Shown here one piece after another: positions 16,710 through 24,058 of a DNA stretch of 64,000 bases. The position numbers and the translations under genes were made by a program. Position 1 is the stretch's first letter, and every line of letters starts with the position of its first letter. The notes beneath the pieces are model-generated. The model saw only the letters and a list, made by a program, of their open reading frames with translations, was not told the origin of the DNA and searched no databases. The DNA is from an uncultured virus (IMG/VR IMGVR_UViG_3300015263_000377). Its lineage: Duplodnaviria > Heunggongvirae > Uroviricota > Caudoviricetes. The stretch lies in IMG/VR virus record IMGVR_UViG_3300015263_000377. One strand, written 5' to 3'.

Positions 16710-17321
16710 ATGATGCGTTGGCTCGCTCTTGCGCTGGTCGTCATTTCGGGGTGCCTCAAGCCCACCCCGCCCTCGGAGCCTCCTCCGCAAACGGTGAGTG
16801 TGACCGCCCCCGAGGGGGAAGACGCCGGGACGATCCCTCCGTATGACCGGGACGAGTGGGGGCGTTGGGTTGACGCCGACAAGGACTGCCAAGACACAAG
16901 GCAGGAAGTCCTCATCGCTGAGAGTGAGGTTTCGGTCACCTTCACGGACCCGACGAAGCCGTGTCGAGTCGCAACGGGCAAGTGGACCGACCCCTACTCG
17001 GGCCAGGTCTACACGGACCCTGGTGACCTCCACGTAGATCATGTGGTGGCGCTGGAAGAAGCCCACAACGCCGGGGGGTGGGCTTGGACGAGGGAGCAGA
17101 AGAGGGCCTACGCCAACGACCTCGACAACCCCCACCACCTTCAGGCGTCCAGCCGGTCTTCCAACACCTCGAAGGGCTCTCGTCCTCCGACCGAGTGGAT
17201 GCCGCCCAACGAAGCCTACCGCTGCGAGTACCTGCGAAGGCGGATCACGATCTTGCGGAAGTACAAGTTGAAGTACGACCCTGACCAGTACATCGACTTG
17301 TTGTCTGCCAACTGCAAGTGA
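16710..17321 (+). CDS. Lipoprotein with DUF1524 (His-Me finger) nuclease domain
   Basis: Signal peptide with lipobox ISGC; YDRDEW..W.D.D.DC.DTRQEVL, W.DPY, DHVVAL..A...G, N.SKG..P.EWMPPN. Confidence 0.85.
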   Translation: MMRWLALALVVISGCLKPTPPSEPPPQTVSVTAPEGEDAGTIPPYDRDEWGRWVDADKDCQDTRQEVLIAESEVSVTFTDPTKPCRVATGKWTDPYSGQVYTDPGDLHVDHVVALEEAHNAGGWAWTREQKRAYANDLDNPHHLQASSRSSNTSKGSRPPTEWMPPNEAYRCEYLRRRITILRKYKLKYDPDQYIDLLSANCK

Positions 17322-17392
17322 GCTACGGTAGTCGAAACCGCTCAGGGGGATGACCTGGGCTTCAAGCGCCTCTTCGGAGGCTGGAGTCCCCC

Positions 17393-17716
17393 ATGCAGAA
17401 CATCACGATCGGTCGTTACGAAGCGGATCCCGAGGCCCAAGGCGTCGTCAAGTCGGAAGACGAGCGCTGGCAAGTCGTCGTAGACAAGGATGGTTTCCCG
17501 CACTTCTACGTGCAGGTCAACATCCGGGACGACGATGGGAAGCTCGTGAAGGGCTTGTTCAACCTCGACGACATCCTCGGCCCCAACCTCAACTCCGTTC
17601 GCGAGTTGATGGAAGAGGGTGAGTTCGGGGGGTCTTTGACCCCCGAAGAGGAAGAGGAAGCCCACAAAGAGTGGCTTGAGCGGAAGGCCAAGCTCGGCAT
17701 TCCCTGCCCTCGGTAA
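17393..17716 (+). CDS. Hypothetical protein
   Basis: GGAG RBS, acidic ORF, followed by a hairpin-T4 terminator at 17721-17744. Confidence 0.7.
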   Translation: MQNITIGRYEADPEAQGVVKSEDERWQVVVDKDGFPHFYVQVNIRDDDGKLVKGLFNLDDILGPNLNSVRELMEEGEFGGSLTPEEEEEAHKEWLERKAKLGIPCPR

Positions 17717-17744
17717 CGTCAGGCCCGGCTGGTCCGGGCCTTTT

Positions 17745-17817
17745 GCGGGTGTAGCCTCAACGGTGAGGCGCTAGTTTCCCAAGCTAGAGTCGGCGGGTTC
17801 GATCCCCGTCACCCGCT
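17745..17817 (+). tRNA. tRNA-Gly(CCC)
   Basis: CTAGT-TT-CCC-AA-GCTAG. Confidence 0.9.
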
Positions 17818-17824
17818 CAGTTTC

Positions 17825-17896
17825 GAGCCCGTTCGCTGGGGCGGTGCAACGGCTGCAACCCGTTGAATGAGGGTTCAATCCCCTCCGGGCTCTCCA
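17825..17896 (+). tRNA. tRNA-Cys(GCA)
   Basis: AACGG-CT-GCA-AC-CCGTT, T73, encoded CCA. Confidence 0.85.
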
Positions 17897-17922
17897 ACTT
17901 CTTCCGATACCGAACGCTAGGC

Positions 17923-18213
17923 ATGTACGACTACGACCGTCGAGCTTCGGAGACTCTCTCCCCTTCCGAGGTCGGCAGGCTTCCGGTTGGTTCGATCGTA
18001 GCGGTGGAAGGCAGCTTCTTCGCGGTCGTCCCTGGTGGGCTCGCTCCGGTCTCGATGCTCCCTGAGAAGGCTGGGGTTGGGGTGCCCGAAGGGGAGCCTG
18101 TCAGCCAGTGGGGCAACGTCGAATGGGTCTTGGTCTCCAAGGGGCATGGCAAGGTACCGACCCACAGTACGGCTCAACGAGCCGCGATCACGTGGTCGAG
18201 AAGCCATCGTTAG
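17923..18213 (+). CDS. Hypothetical protein with N-terminal MYDYDRR motif
   Basis: Shared N-terminal motif. Confidence 0.65.
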   Translation: MYDYDRRASETLSPSEVGRLPVGSIVAVEGSFFAVVPGGLAPVSMLPEKAGVGVPEGEPVSQWGNVEWVLVSKGHGKVPTHSTAQRAAITWSRSHR

Positions 18214-18230
18214 GTGTACCTACGAGGGCG

Positions 18231-18776
18231 ATGGCCAAGCTCTTCGACCCGCCCTTCAACCCCGAAACGACGACGATCGCCCAAGCGAGGAAGATGCTTC
18301 AAGAGCACGCCTTGAAGGGCGCCATCTGCCCGTGCTGCCGGCAAGAGGTCAAGATGTACACGCGGGAGATCAACTCCACGATGGCGTACACGCTGATCAT
18401 CCTGCACCGGCACTTCTCGGAGGACAAGGGTTGGCTCCACGTTCCGAGCTACCTCTCTCAGATGAGCGTCATCGGGTCGGCGGTTCGAGGCGGAGACTTC
18501 GCCAAGCTCCGCTACTGGGGTCTTCTGGAGCCCAAGCCGGTCGAGAAGAAGTCGGACAAGCGCAAGGATGGCAGCAAGCGGGTCGGCTTCTACCGGATGA
18601 CGGAGAAGGGCCACAAGTTCGTGCTTGGGGAGGTCACGGTCCCGAAGGTGGCGTTGATCTACAACGGCAAGCACCACGGGTTCGCACCCGGAGAGGTCAC
18701 CATCAAGGAGTGCCTCGGAAACGAGTTCAACTACGACGACCTCATGGCGGGCAAGCTCGGGGGGATCGTCGTCTGA
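18231..18776 (+). CDS. Hypothetical protein (CPCC, possible winged helix)
   Basis: CPCC...AKLRYWGLLE...GFYRMTEKG..F. Confidence 0.75.
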   Translation: MAKLFDPPFNPETTTIAQARKMLQEHALKGAICPCCRQEVKMYTREINSTMAYTLIILHRHFSEDKGWLHVPSYLSQMSVIGSAVRGGDFAKLRYWGLLEPKPVEKKSDKRKDGSKRVGFYRMTEKGHKFVLGEVTVPKVALIYNGKHHGFAPGEVTIKECLGNEFNYDDLMAGKLGGIVV

Positions 18777-18783
18777 CAGTTTT

Positions 18784-18857
18784 GCCCCTGTAGCTCAACA
18801 GGACAGAGCAAGCGCCTTCTAAGCGCGAGGCTGGGAGTTCGATTCTCCCCAGGGGTG
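18784..18857 (+). tRNA. tRNA-Arg(TCT)
   Basis: GCGC-CT-TCT-AA-GCGC. Confidence 0.9.
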
Positions 18858-18918
18858 CCCAATCTCTCCGATCCCCCACAAGTTGTTGTCCAACTCCGTC
18901 GCGGTGTAAGGTCGGGCC

Positions 18919-19689
18919 ATGAGCAATCCGATCTGCTTCGCCCTCGACGGAATGAACGGTGCCGGCGCCTCGCGTTACGTCGAGATGCTGGAGGAGCACG
19001 TGGGGGCGTTCAAGGTGGGGTTGGAGTTGTTCATTCGGACAGGGAAGCTCCCGAAGACCTCGAAGCCGGTCATTCTCGACCTCAAGCTCCACGACATCCC
19101 GGAGACCGTCTCGCGGGCCGTGGCGGCGGGCTGCGACGCAGGGGCCAAGTTCATGACGCTCCACGTCCAACAGCGCGAAGCCTTGAAGCAGGCGGTGGCT
19201 GTAGCGGCCCCGTACGGCTGCACCCTCCTTGGGGTGACGGTCCTCACGTCGATGACCCAGCAGGATTGTGAGGATCTTCGCTTCAAGGGTTTCAATACGA
19301 ACCCAGAGAGCCCTGGCGAACCGAGAACGAGCCACCCGTTTATCGGGATGCGAGTGCAGCACCTCGCTGACTTCGGCTACGGCTGCGGTCTCCGAGGCTT
19401 CGTCTGTTCTCCACAAGAAGTCGGCTCTCTCCACACGAAGCACCCGGATGCCTTCTACCTCGTCCCAGGGGTGCGACCTCTTGGCTCAGCCGTTGGGGAC
19501 CAGAGGCGGACAGGGACGCCCGGTGGGGCCGTCATCGACGGGGCCAGCCTCATCGTCATCGGACGCCCCATCCGTGACGCAGAAGACCCGGTGGAAGCGG
19601 CAAAGGCCATCCTTGCCGAAGTCCGAGAGGCAGAGCGCACCGAAGAGAACGCTCGTGCGGGAGCCCGAGCGTTGGATCGACACTGCTAG
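18919..19689 (+). CDS. pyrF: Orotidine-5'-phosphate decarboxylase
   Basis: FALD, FKVGLELF, LDLKLHDIPETV, VTVLTS, VCSPQE, PGVRP, DQRR, VIGRPI. Confidence 0.95.
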   Translation: MSNPICFALDGMNGAGASRYVEMLEEHVGAFKVGLELFIRTGKLPKTSKPVILDLKLHDIPETVSRAVAAGCDAGAKFMTLHVQQREALKQAVAVAAPYGCTLLGVTVLTSMTQQDCEDLRFKGFNTNPESPGEPRTSHPFIGMRVQHLADFGYGCGLRGFVCSPQEVGSLHTKHPDAFYLVPGVRPLGSAVGDQRRTGTPGGAVIDGASLIVIGRPIRDAEDPVEAAKAILAEVREAERTEENARAGARALDRHC

Positions 19690-19883
19690 GTCGGAGAGCC
19701 AAACGGCTCCTCTGTAAACTCGACGTCTACATCGTCAAAGAAGTAGGTCAACGCCCTCTTGACGTTTTCCCTAGCCTCATCCATGGTTGAGCCCTCGGCG
19801 TGGCAGCCTGGAACAGCGTAAATGCTGGCCATCCACCCCGTTTCGGACATCCCGTAGGTGATGTTGAATTTACGTACGGCCAT
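19686..19883 (-). CDS. HicB-like antitoxin domain protein (orphan)
   Basis: GWMAS...VPGCHAEGSTMDEARENVKRAL matches the HicB N-terminal fold pattern. Confidence 0.8.
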   Translation of the reverse strand: MAVRKFNITYGMSETGWMASIYAVPGCHAEGSTMDEARENVKRALTYFFDDVDVEFTEEPFGSPT

Positions 19884-19920
19884 CTTGACCAAGATGGCGC
19901 ATCGGGACTTTTTCAAGTTC

Positions 19921-19997
19921 GTCCCCATCGTCTAGCTGGCCAAGGACACGACCCCCTCAAGGTCGGAACAGCGGTTCGATTCCGCTTGGGGACGCCA
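19921..19997 (+). tRNA. tRNA-Glu(CTC)
   Basis: GTCCCCATCGTCTAG start, CGACC-CC-CTC-AA-GGTCG (C33), GCCA end. Confidence 0.9.
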
Positions 19998-20025
19998 CGG
20001 TTCTTTTTATCCTATGGGAGTTGGC

Positions 20026-20340
20026 ATGAGCTACTCCTACGACCGAACAGGATCCTCAATCCCGAGCTACAAAGGTAAGGTGCTTGCTCCCGGATCTACT
20101 GCGGACACGTGGATCTTGGAGGGTTATAAGTGTCGGGTCATCTGCAAGGGTCAAGAAGGTCGTGGCTGGAAGGCAAAGCTCCTCGGCGATGGTGACCCGT
20201 TCTTGCCGGGGGAGACCTACGGGCGCGACCTGGAGGACGTGATCAGCAAAATCCTCCACGTTGAGTACCAACGAGTCAAAGGTATCCACCATCGAGCCAA
20301 CGAACTTGAAAAGGCGCTCGACTCTCTCGGCGGAGAGTAG
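20026..20340 (+). CDS. Hypothetical protein with N-terminal MSYSYDRT motif
   Basis: Shared N-terminal motif. Confidence 0.68.
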   Translation: MSYSYDRTGSSIPSYKGKVLAPGSTADTWILEGYKCRVICKGQEGRGWKAKLLGDGDPFLPGETYGRDLEDVISKILHVEYQRVKGIHHRANELEKALDSLGGE

Positions 20341-20354
20341 GTGTAACCCCCAGG

Positions 20355-20594
20355 ATGGCAAACCTTGGGATCAACACGATTGAGCCGGTTGTGGATACCC
20401 AACCGCTCTGGAATGCGCTCGTGCAGGTCACGAGCATGAAGTTCCTCCCGAAGTACGTTCGGGAGTTTACCGTCAAGAAGCTCCGGGCCGACATCAAAGC
20501 GGCTCAGAAGGCGCTCAAGGAAGCGGAGAGGAGGCTCGATGAGTTCTCCCCTCCGCCCCCGAGGAAGCGTCGCGTGAAGAAAACGTCCTCCTAG
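20355..20594 (+). CDS. Small basic hypothetical protein
   Basis: After GGTGTA motif; stop inside tRNA-Arg. Confidence 0.6.
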   Translation: MANLGINTIEPVVDTQPLWNALVQVTSMKFLPKYVREFTVKKLRADIKAAQKALKEAERRLDEFSPPPPRKRRVKKTSS

Positions 20595-20660
20595 CTCAAT
20601 GGATAGAGCACACGCTTGCGGAGCGTGAGGTTGCTGGTTCGAGTCCAGCGGGGGACGCCA
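20585..20660 (+). tRNA. tRNA-Arg(GCG)
   Basis: CACGC-TT-GCG-GA-GCGTG, encoded CCA. Confidence 0.9.
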
Positions 20661-20661
20661 T

Positions 20662-20738
20662 AGCCCTGTAGCTCAGTTGGAAAGAGCGCCGGTCTACGAA
20701 ACCGGGACTTTGCGGAGGTTCGAGTCCTCTCAGGGCTG
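20662..20738 (+). tRNA. tRNA-Arg(ACG)
   Basis: CCGGT-CT-ACG-AA-ACCGG. Confidence 0.9.
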
Positions 20739-20765
20739 CTAGTGTTTCTATGTTAAGGTTGAAGC

Positions 20766-21011
20766 ATGAGCTACGACTACGACCGTCGAACCGCTGCTAC
20801 CCGTGTCAAAATCAACAAGCCGAGCGAAGGCAAGAACGGCTACATCGCGTTCTTCAACGGCAAGCAGGCCGAGGTCTACGCGGACACCAAGCTCAAGGCT
20901 CTGGAGCTTGCCCGAGCGCATTTCAAGGCGCCGAAGAGCAAGCAGCACATGGTCCACGTAGAGCTGTCCGAGTCGGACGGTAAACAAGTCACCCACAAAC
21001 CAGACTTCTGA
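20766..21011 (+). CDS. Hypothetical protein with N-terminal MSYDYDRR motif
   Basis: Shared N-terminal motif; clean codon usage. Confidence 0.72.
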   Translation: MSYDYDRRTAATRVKINKPSEGKNGYIAFFNGKQAEVYADTKLKALELARAHFKAPKSKQHMVHVELSESDGKQVTHKPDF

Positions 21012-21014
21012 AAT

Positions 21015-21088
21015 GTGCCTGTAGCTCAACTGGATAGAGCACCACCCTCCGAAGGTGGCGGTTGAGGGTTCGACTCCCTCTGGGCACG
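21015..21088 (+). tRNA. tRNA-Arg(CCG)
   Basis: CCACC-CT-CCG-AA-GGTGG. Confidence 0.94.
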
Positions 21089-21271
21089 CTAACGCCGTCT
21101 ACGTAACGGTTCCGGGTCAGGCTCCATAGGCGGAGGCCCTGCGTCCCGTATCTTGGTGACCGTCTCTACGATCCCCGGTTCGGTTAGAGGCGGGGCCGGT
21201 GGGCACCCCGTGAGGGCGATGACCAAGAGAACGAGACGCCTCATACTTTCAAAATTGAATCAAAGTTTCAT

Positions 21272-21345
21272 GCCCCTTTAGCTCAACTGGATAGAGCGTT
21301 GGTCTTCGGAACCAAAGGTTGAGGGTTCGACTCCTTCAAGGGGCG
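21272..21345 (+). tRNA. tRNA-Arg(TCG)
   Basis: TTGGT-CT-TCG-GA-ACCAA. Confidence 0.93.
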
Positions 21346-21347
21346 CT

Positions 21348-21469
21348 GTGCCGAATGCTTGCTGGGATTACATCTCTACGAAAGATACGAGCTGGGTTCG
21401 ACTCCCAGAACGGCGACTCTGACGCCGTGGCCGGATGCCTGGAAACGTCTTGGCTCTTCTTGTCGGCAC
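21348..21469 (+). ncRNA. Y-RNA-like scaffold copy 9
   Basis: GTGCC-GAATG...GGGATTACAT, ATCT-CTACGAA-AGAT hairpin, T arm CTGGGTTCGACTCCCAG, GTC...CTTG-TCGGCAC. Confidence 0.8.
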
Positions 21470-21472
21470 TAT

Positions 21473-21542
21473 CGCGGCGACCCATGGACGGGGCCGGTCT
21501 CTCATAAGGATCTGGAAGAGGTTTCAAGCACCTCCGTCGCGA
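21473..21542 (+). tRNA. tRNA(CAT), Met or Ile2, divergent
   Basis: GGTCT-CT-CAT-AA-GGATC, acceptor CGCGGCG/CGTCGCG-A. Confidence 0.65.
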
Positions 21543-21549
21543 CTATCTT

Positions 21550-21620
21550 GCCCCCGTACGCTGGGCGTGGGCTAGCCCTACAAGCTGGCCTGGCCGGTTC
21601 GATCCCGGACGGGGGTACCA
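21550..21620 (+). tRNA. tRNA-Val(TAC), short D arm, C33
   Basis: CTAGC-CC-TAC-AA-GCTGG, encoded CCA. Confidence 0.72.
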
Positions 21621-21621
21621 T

Positions 21622-21702
21622 CGGCACGTGGCGGAATGGCAGACGCAGTGGGTTTAGGTTCCACCGGGTGAAACCGTAGGGGTTCGAGTCCCCTCGTGCC
21701 GA
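21622..21702 (+). tRNA. tRNA-Leu(TAG)
   Basis: GTGGG-TT-TAG-GT-TCCAC, class II. Confidence 0.92.
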
Positions 21703-21765
21703 CTGTTTTGGATCTTCTTGTATTTCAATTTAGAGGAGGGTCAGTGATCCTCCTCGGAGGTTGGA

Positions 21766-22068
21766 ATGGCGGTACGCTCTTGGCGGGCTGGGAACAAGCA
21801 ACCCAAGGACCGAGAGGCTCAGAAGAAGCAAAAAAAGTCCTTGGAGGATGAATGCAAGGACCGCCTCGTTCAGATGCACGATGCACGGCGTGAGAAGCTG
21901 GAACAGATCAAGAGGGAGCAGTACCGACAGCAAGAGGACGAGGTGATGGCAGCGACGTACGGTCCCAACTGGAGGACGAGGTACCTAGCGCATGATCCTC
22001 TCCCGACCCATCACTCGGAGACCAGGATCAAGGTTCAACCCGATGAAGGTGAGCTGAAAGCAGGGTAG
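21766..22068 (+). CDS. Hypothetical charged protein
   Basis: GGAGG RBS. Confidence 0.65.
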   Translation: MAVRSWRAGNKQPKDREAQKKQKKSLEDECKDRLVQMHDARREKLEQIKREQYRQQEDEVMAATYGPNWRTRYLAHDPLPTHHSETRIKVQPDEGELKAG

Positions 22069-22107
22069 GTATGAGCTTCAAGATACGTTGTGGCGGAGTC
22101 CGTCTTT

Positions 22108-22179
22108 CCGCCACAACGCTCCGGTCGAGCTGCGGGCTCTTATAAGGTCTGCGGCCCAGTTCAACTCTGGGGTGGCGGA
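22108..22179 (+). tRNA. tRNA-Ile(TAT)
   Basis: CCGCCAC/GTGGCGG-A, GGGCT-CT-TAT-AA-GGTCT, T arm CCAGTTCAACTCTGG. Confidence 0.72.
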
Positions 22180-22187
22180 CCCCATAC

Positions 22188-22259
22188 GCGAGGTTCGTTC
22201 TCGGGGAGAACACCGTCTCGACAAGGCGGATCAGACAGGTTCGAGTCCTGTACCTCGCA
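22188..22259 (+). tRNA. tRNA-Val(GAC), C33
   Basis: CCGTC-TC-GAC-AA-GGCGG. Confidence 0.82.
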
Positions 22260-22265
22260 CTACTT

Positions 22266-22341
22266 GGTGCCGAAGTGATCGGTTATCCTGGTCCGTCTGA
22301 TAAACGGACCGCACTGGGTTCAACTCCCAGAGGCACCACCA
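22266..22341 (+). tRNA. tRNA-Ile(GAT)
   Basis: TCCGT-CT-GAT-AA-ACGGA, encoded CCA. Confidence 0.85.
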
Positions 22342-22342
22342 T

Positions 22343-22428
22343 GCTCAGATGGCGGAACTGGCAGACGCCCCGGATTCAAATCCCGGTGCCCTTGTGGCGT
22401 GAGGGTTCGACCCCCTCTCTGAGCACCA
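22343..22428 (+). tRNA. tRNA-Leu(CAA)
   Basis: Leu-type body similar to 9207-9290; loop TT-CAA-AT; encoded CCA. Confidence 0.85.
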
Positions 22429-22429
22429 T

Positions 22430-22514
22430 GCCCGTGTGGCGGAACGGTATACGCAGCGGTTTTAAACTCCGTGGCTCCTTCGAGGGCGTGAGGGTTCGAT
22501 TCCCTCGGCGGGCA
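22430..22514 (+). tRNA. tRNA-Leu(TAA)
   Basis: Loop TT-TAA-AC, class II. Confidence 0.88.
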
Positions 22515-22561
22515 CCTTGCGCTATTCGCCCCTCCGGTGTACTTTCAGAGCGACCCAAATT

Positions 22562-22911
22562 GGGGGTGAACTGGTTTCGACGGAGAGGAGTAGAGAGTGT
22601 TCGCGTGCAGGCGGGTAACCTACGGCCCGGCTTGATCAAAAAGCGTGGGTGGCATAACTGCCAACGACAACGCCGTCCAGGCTGCGGCCTGAACAAGACG
22701 AAGGGTGAGGAGTTCGAGTAGCCCCGAGTCAAACCACACGAATCAGCCAACCCTTGTCGCCAACGTGGGGTTGAACGTCTGAAGTGGCCGGGTACCTGGG
22801 TAGCCCGTTACAGCTCTCGGAAAGGCCGCTGATACGCCTCAAGGTCAGCTACGCACGTAGAGGATGCTTTCAAGGACTTTTCGGACTCGGGTTCGATTCC
22901 CGACACCTCCA
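22562..22911 (+). ncRNA. ssrA: tmRNA, tag peptide ANDNAVQAAA* (22660-22692)
   Basis: GGGGGTGAACTGGTTTCGAC 5' end, ATAACTGCC resume motif, 3' GACTCGGGTTCGATTCCCGACACCTCCA with G3:U70. Confidence 0.95.
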
Positions 22912-22929
22912 CTAAGTATCGAGAATGTT

Positions 22930-23136
22930 ATGCGACTTCTTTCGTCCTTCGACCCACCCGCTGACGGGTGTGAGACCTTCCCCGTAGAGCCGGACTTGTT
23001 CCGGGCTTACGCCGAGTGGAAGAAGAAGACTCGATGCGAAGTCTTGGGTAGGGATGTTGTCTCCGTGGCCTACGGCCAAGCCGTCCTTGTCTGGTACCGG
23101 CGCCCCAAGAAGAGGGCTCGCGGTAGAGCGTCGTAG
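22930..23136 (+). CDS. Small hypothetical protein
   Basis: ORF directly after tmRNA. Confidence 0.5.
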   Translation: MRLLSSFDPPADGCETFPVEPDLFRAYAEWKKKTRCEVLGRDVVSVAYGQAVLVWYRRPKKRARGRAS

Positions 23137-23254
23137 CCGACGCTCCCGCCCTCTCGTAAGATGTCAGATGACGCCCATGGTGGGCGTCTCCAACCTGGCC
23201 ATCGAACAAGAAAGAGGGCCGTCATGAGAAAGAGAAGGCGAAGGTAGGTGCATC

Positions 23255-23818
23255 ATGGAGACTCGAACCCTGCTCCTCAACAGTTGGGGCCTCCCTCACG
23301 CGATCCTTAACTGGGAAGAGGCGATCTGCCTCGTGTACCAGGACAAGGCCATCGCGTTGGAGGAGTACGAAGAGACGGTGTGCTCGCCGAGCACGGCGTA
23401 CTTCATCCCCGCCGTGCTCCAGCTCAAAGAGCCGGTACGCGGCTACAAGAAGGGTATCAAGTTCTCCCGCATCAACGTCTTCACTCGTGACGGGTTCCGG
23501 TGCCAATACTGCGGTGGACGTTTCACCATGAGGCAACTGAACTACGACCACGTTCTCCCTCGCAGGCAGGGAGGAAAGACCCTCTGGGAGAACATCGTGA
23601 CCTCCTGCTACCCGTGCAACGACCGAAAGGGCGGACGCACGCCGGAGCAGGCGGGCATGAAGCTACTCCGCAAGCCAGCCAAGCCGCATTCCCTCCCCCT
23701 TCACCCGGTCTTCATTGACGCTGGGAAGATCCCGGAGGCGTGGGGTCCGTACCTGGACCTCTCGAAAGCGCATCCCCACGGCGATGGGTTCTACATCGTC
23801 GGGGCTACGGCGGCGTAA
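23255..23818 (+). CDS. HNH endonuclease (McrA-like)
   Basis: TLLLN...FSRINVFTRDGFRCQYCG...NYDHVLPRRQGGKTLWENIVTSCYPCNDRKGGRTPEQAGM. Confidence 0.93.
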   Translation: METRTLLLNSWGLPHAILNWEEAICLVYQDKAIALEEYEETVCSPSTAYFIPAVLQLKEPVRGYKKGIKFSRINVFTRDGFRCQYCGGRFTMRQLNYDHVLPRRQGGKTLWENIVTSCYPCNDRKGGRTPEQAGMKLLRKPAKPHSLPLHPVFIDAGKIPEAWGPYLDLSKAHPHGDGFYIVGATAA

Positions 23819-24058
23819 CCGACTCCTGAAAGGGAGACCTACTGGCCCCGGTGAGGCCCCCGCTCAAAAAGAGCGGGGGCCTCGTCGTCATTTGGTGTAT
23901 GATGTGTATCCGGGACCGCGCTTCGGCTTGGGTCTCTTTGACGGAGCCGCACCATTTGGTTTGGGCGAAGTCGCGGACGTAACGGAAATCTGTCGGGTTT
24001 TGGGAGGTCGTCCAACCTCCGCGACTTGGCGTCCACGTTCACGATTTTGGTGAGAACC

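Noticed and set aside
21550..21620. Possible amber suppressor tRNA (CTA within CCCTACAA)
   Set aside because: The 5-bp stem CTAGC/GCTGG centres the loop on TAC. TAG also terminates conserved genes (groL, nrdJ, ligA) at expected positions, so there is no recoding.
22343..22428. Possible Sec/opal tRNA (TCA within TTCAAA)
   Set aside because: The body is Leu-type and close to tRNA-Leu(CAG) at 9207; the 7-nt loop reads CAA; no extended acceptor or D stem.
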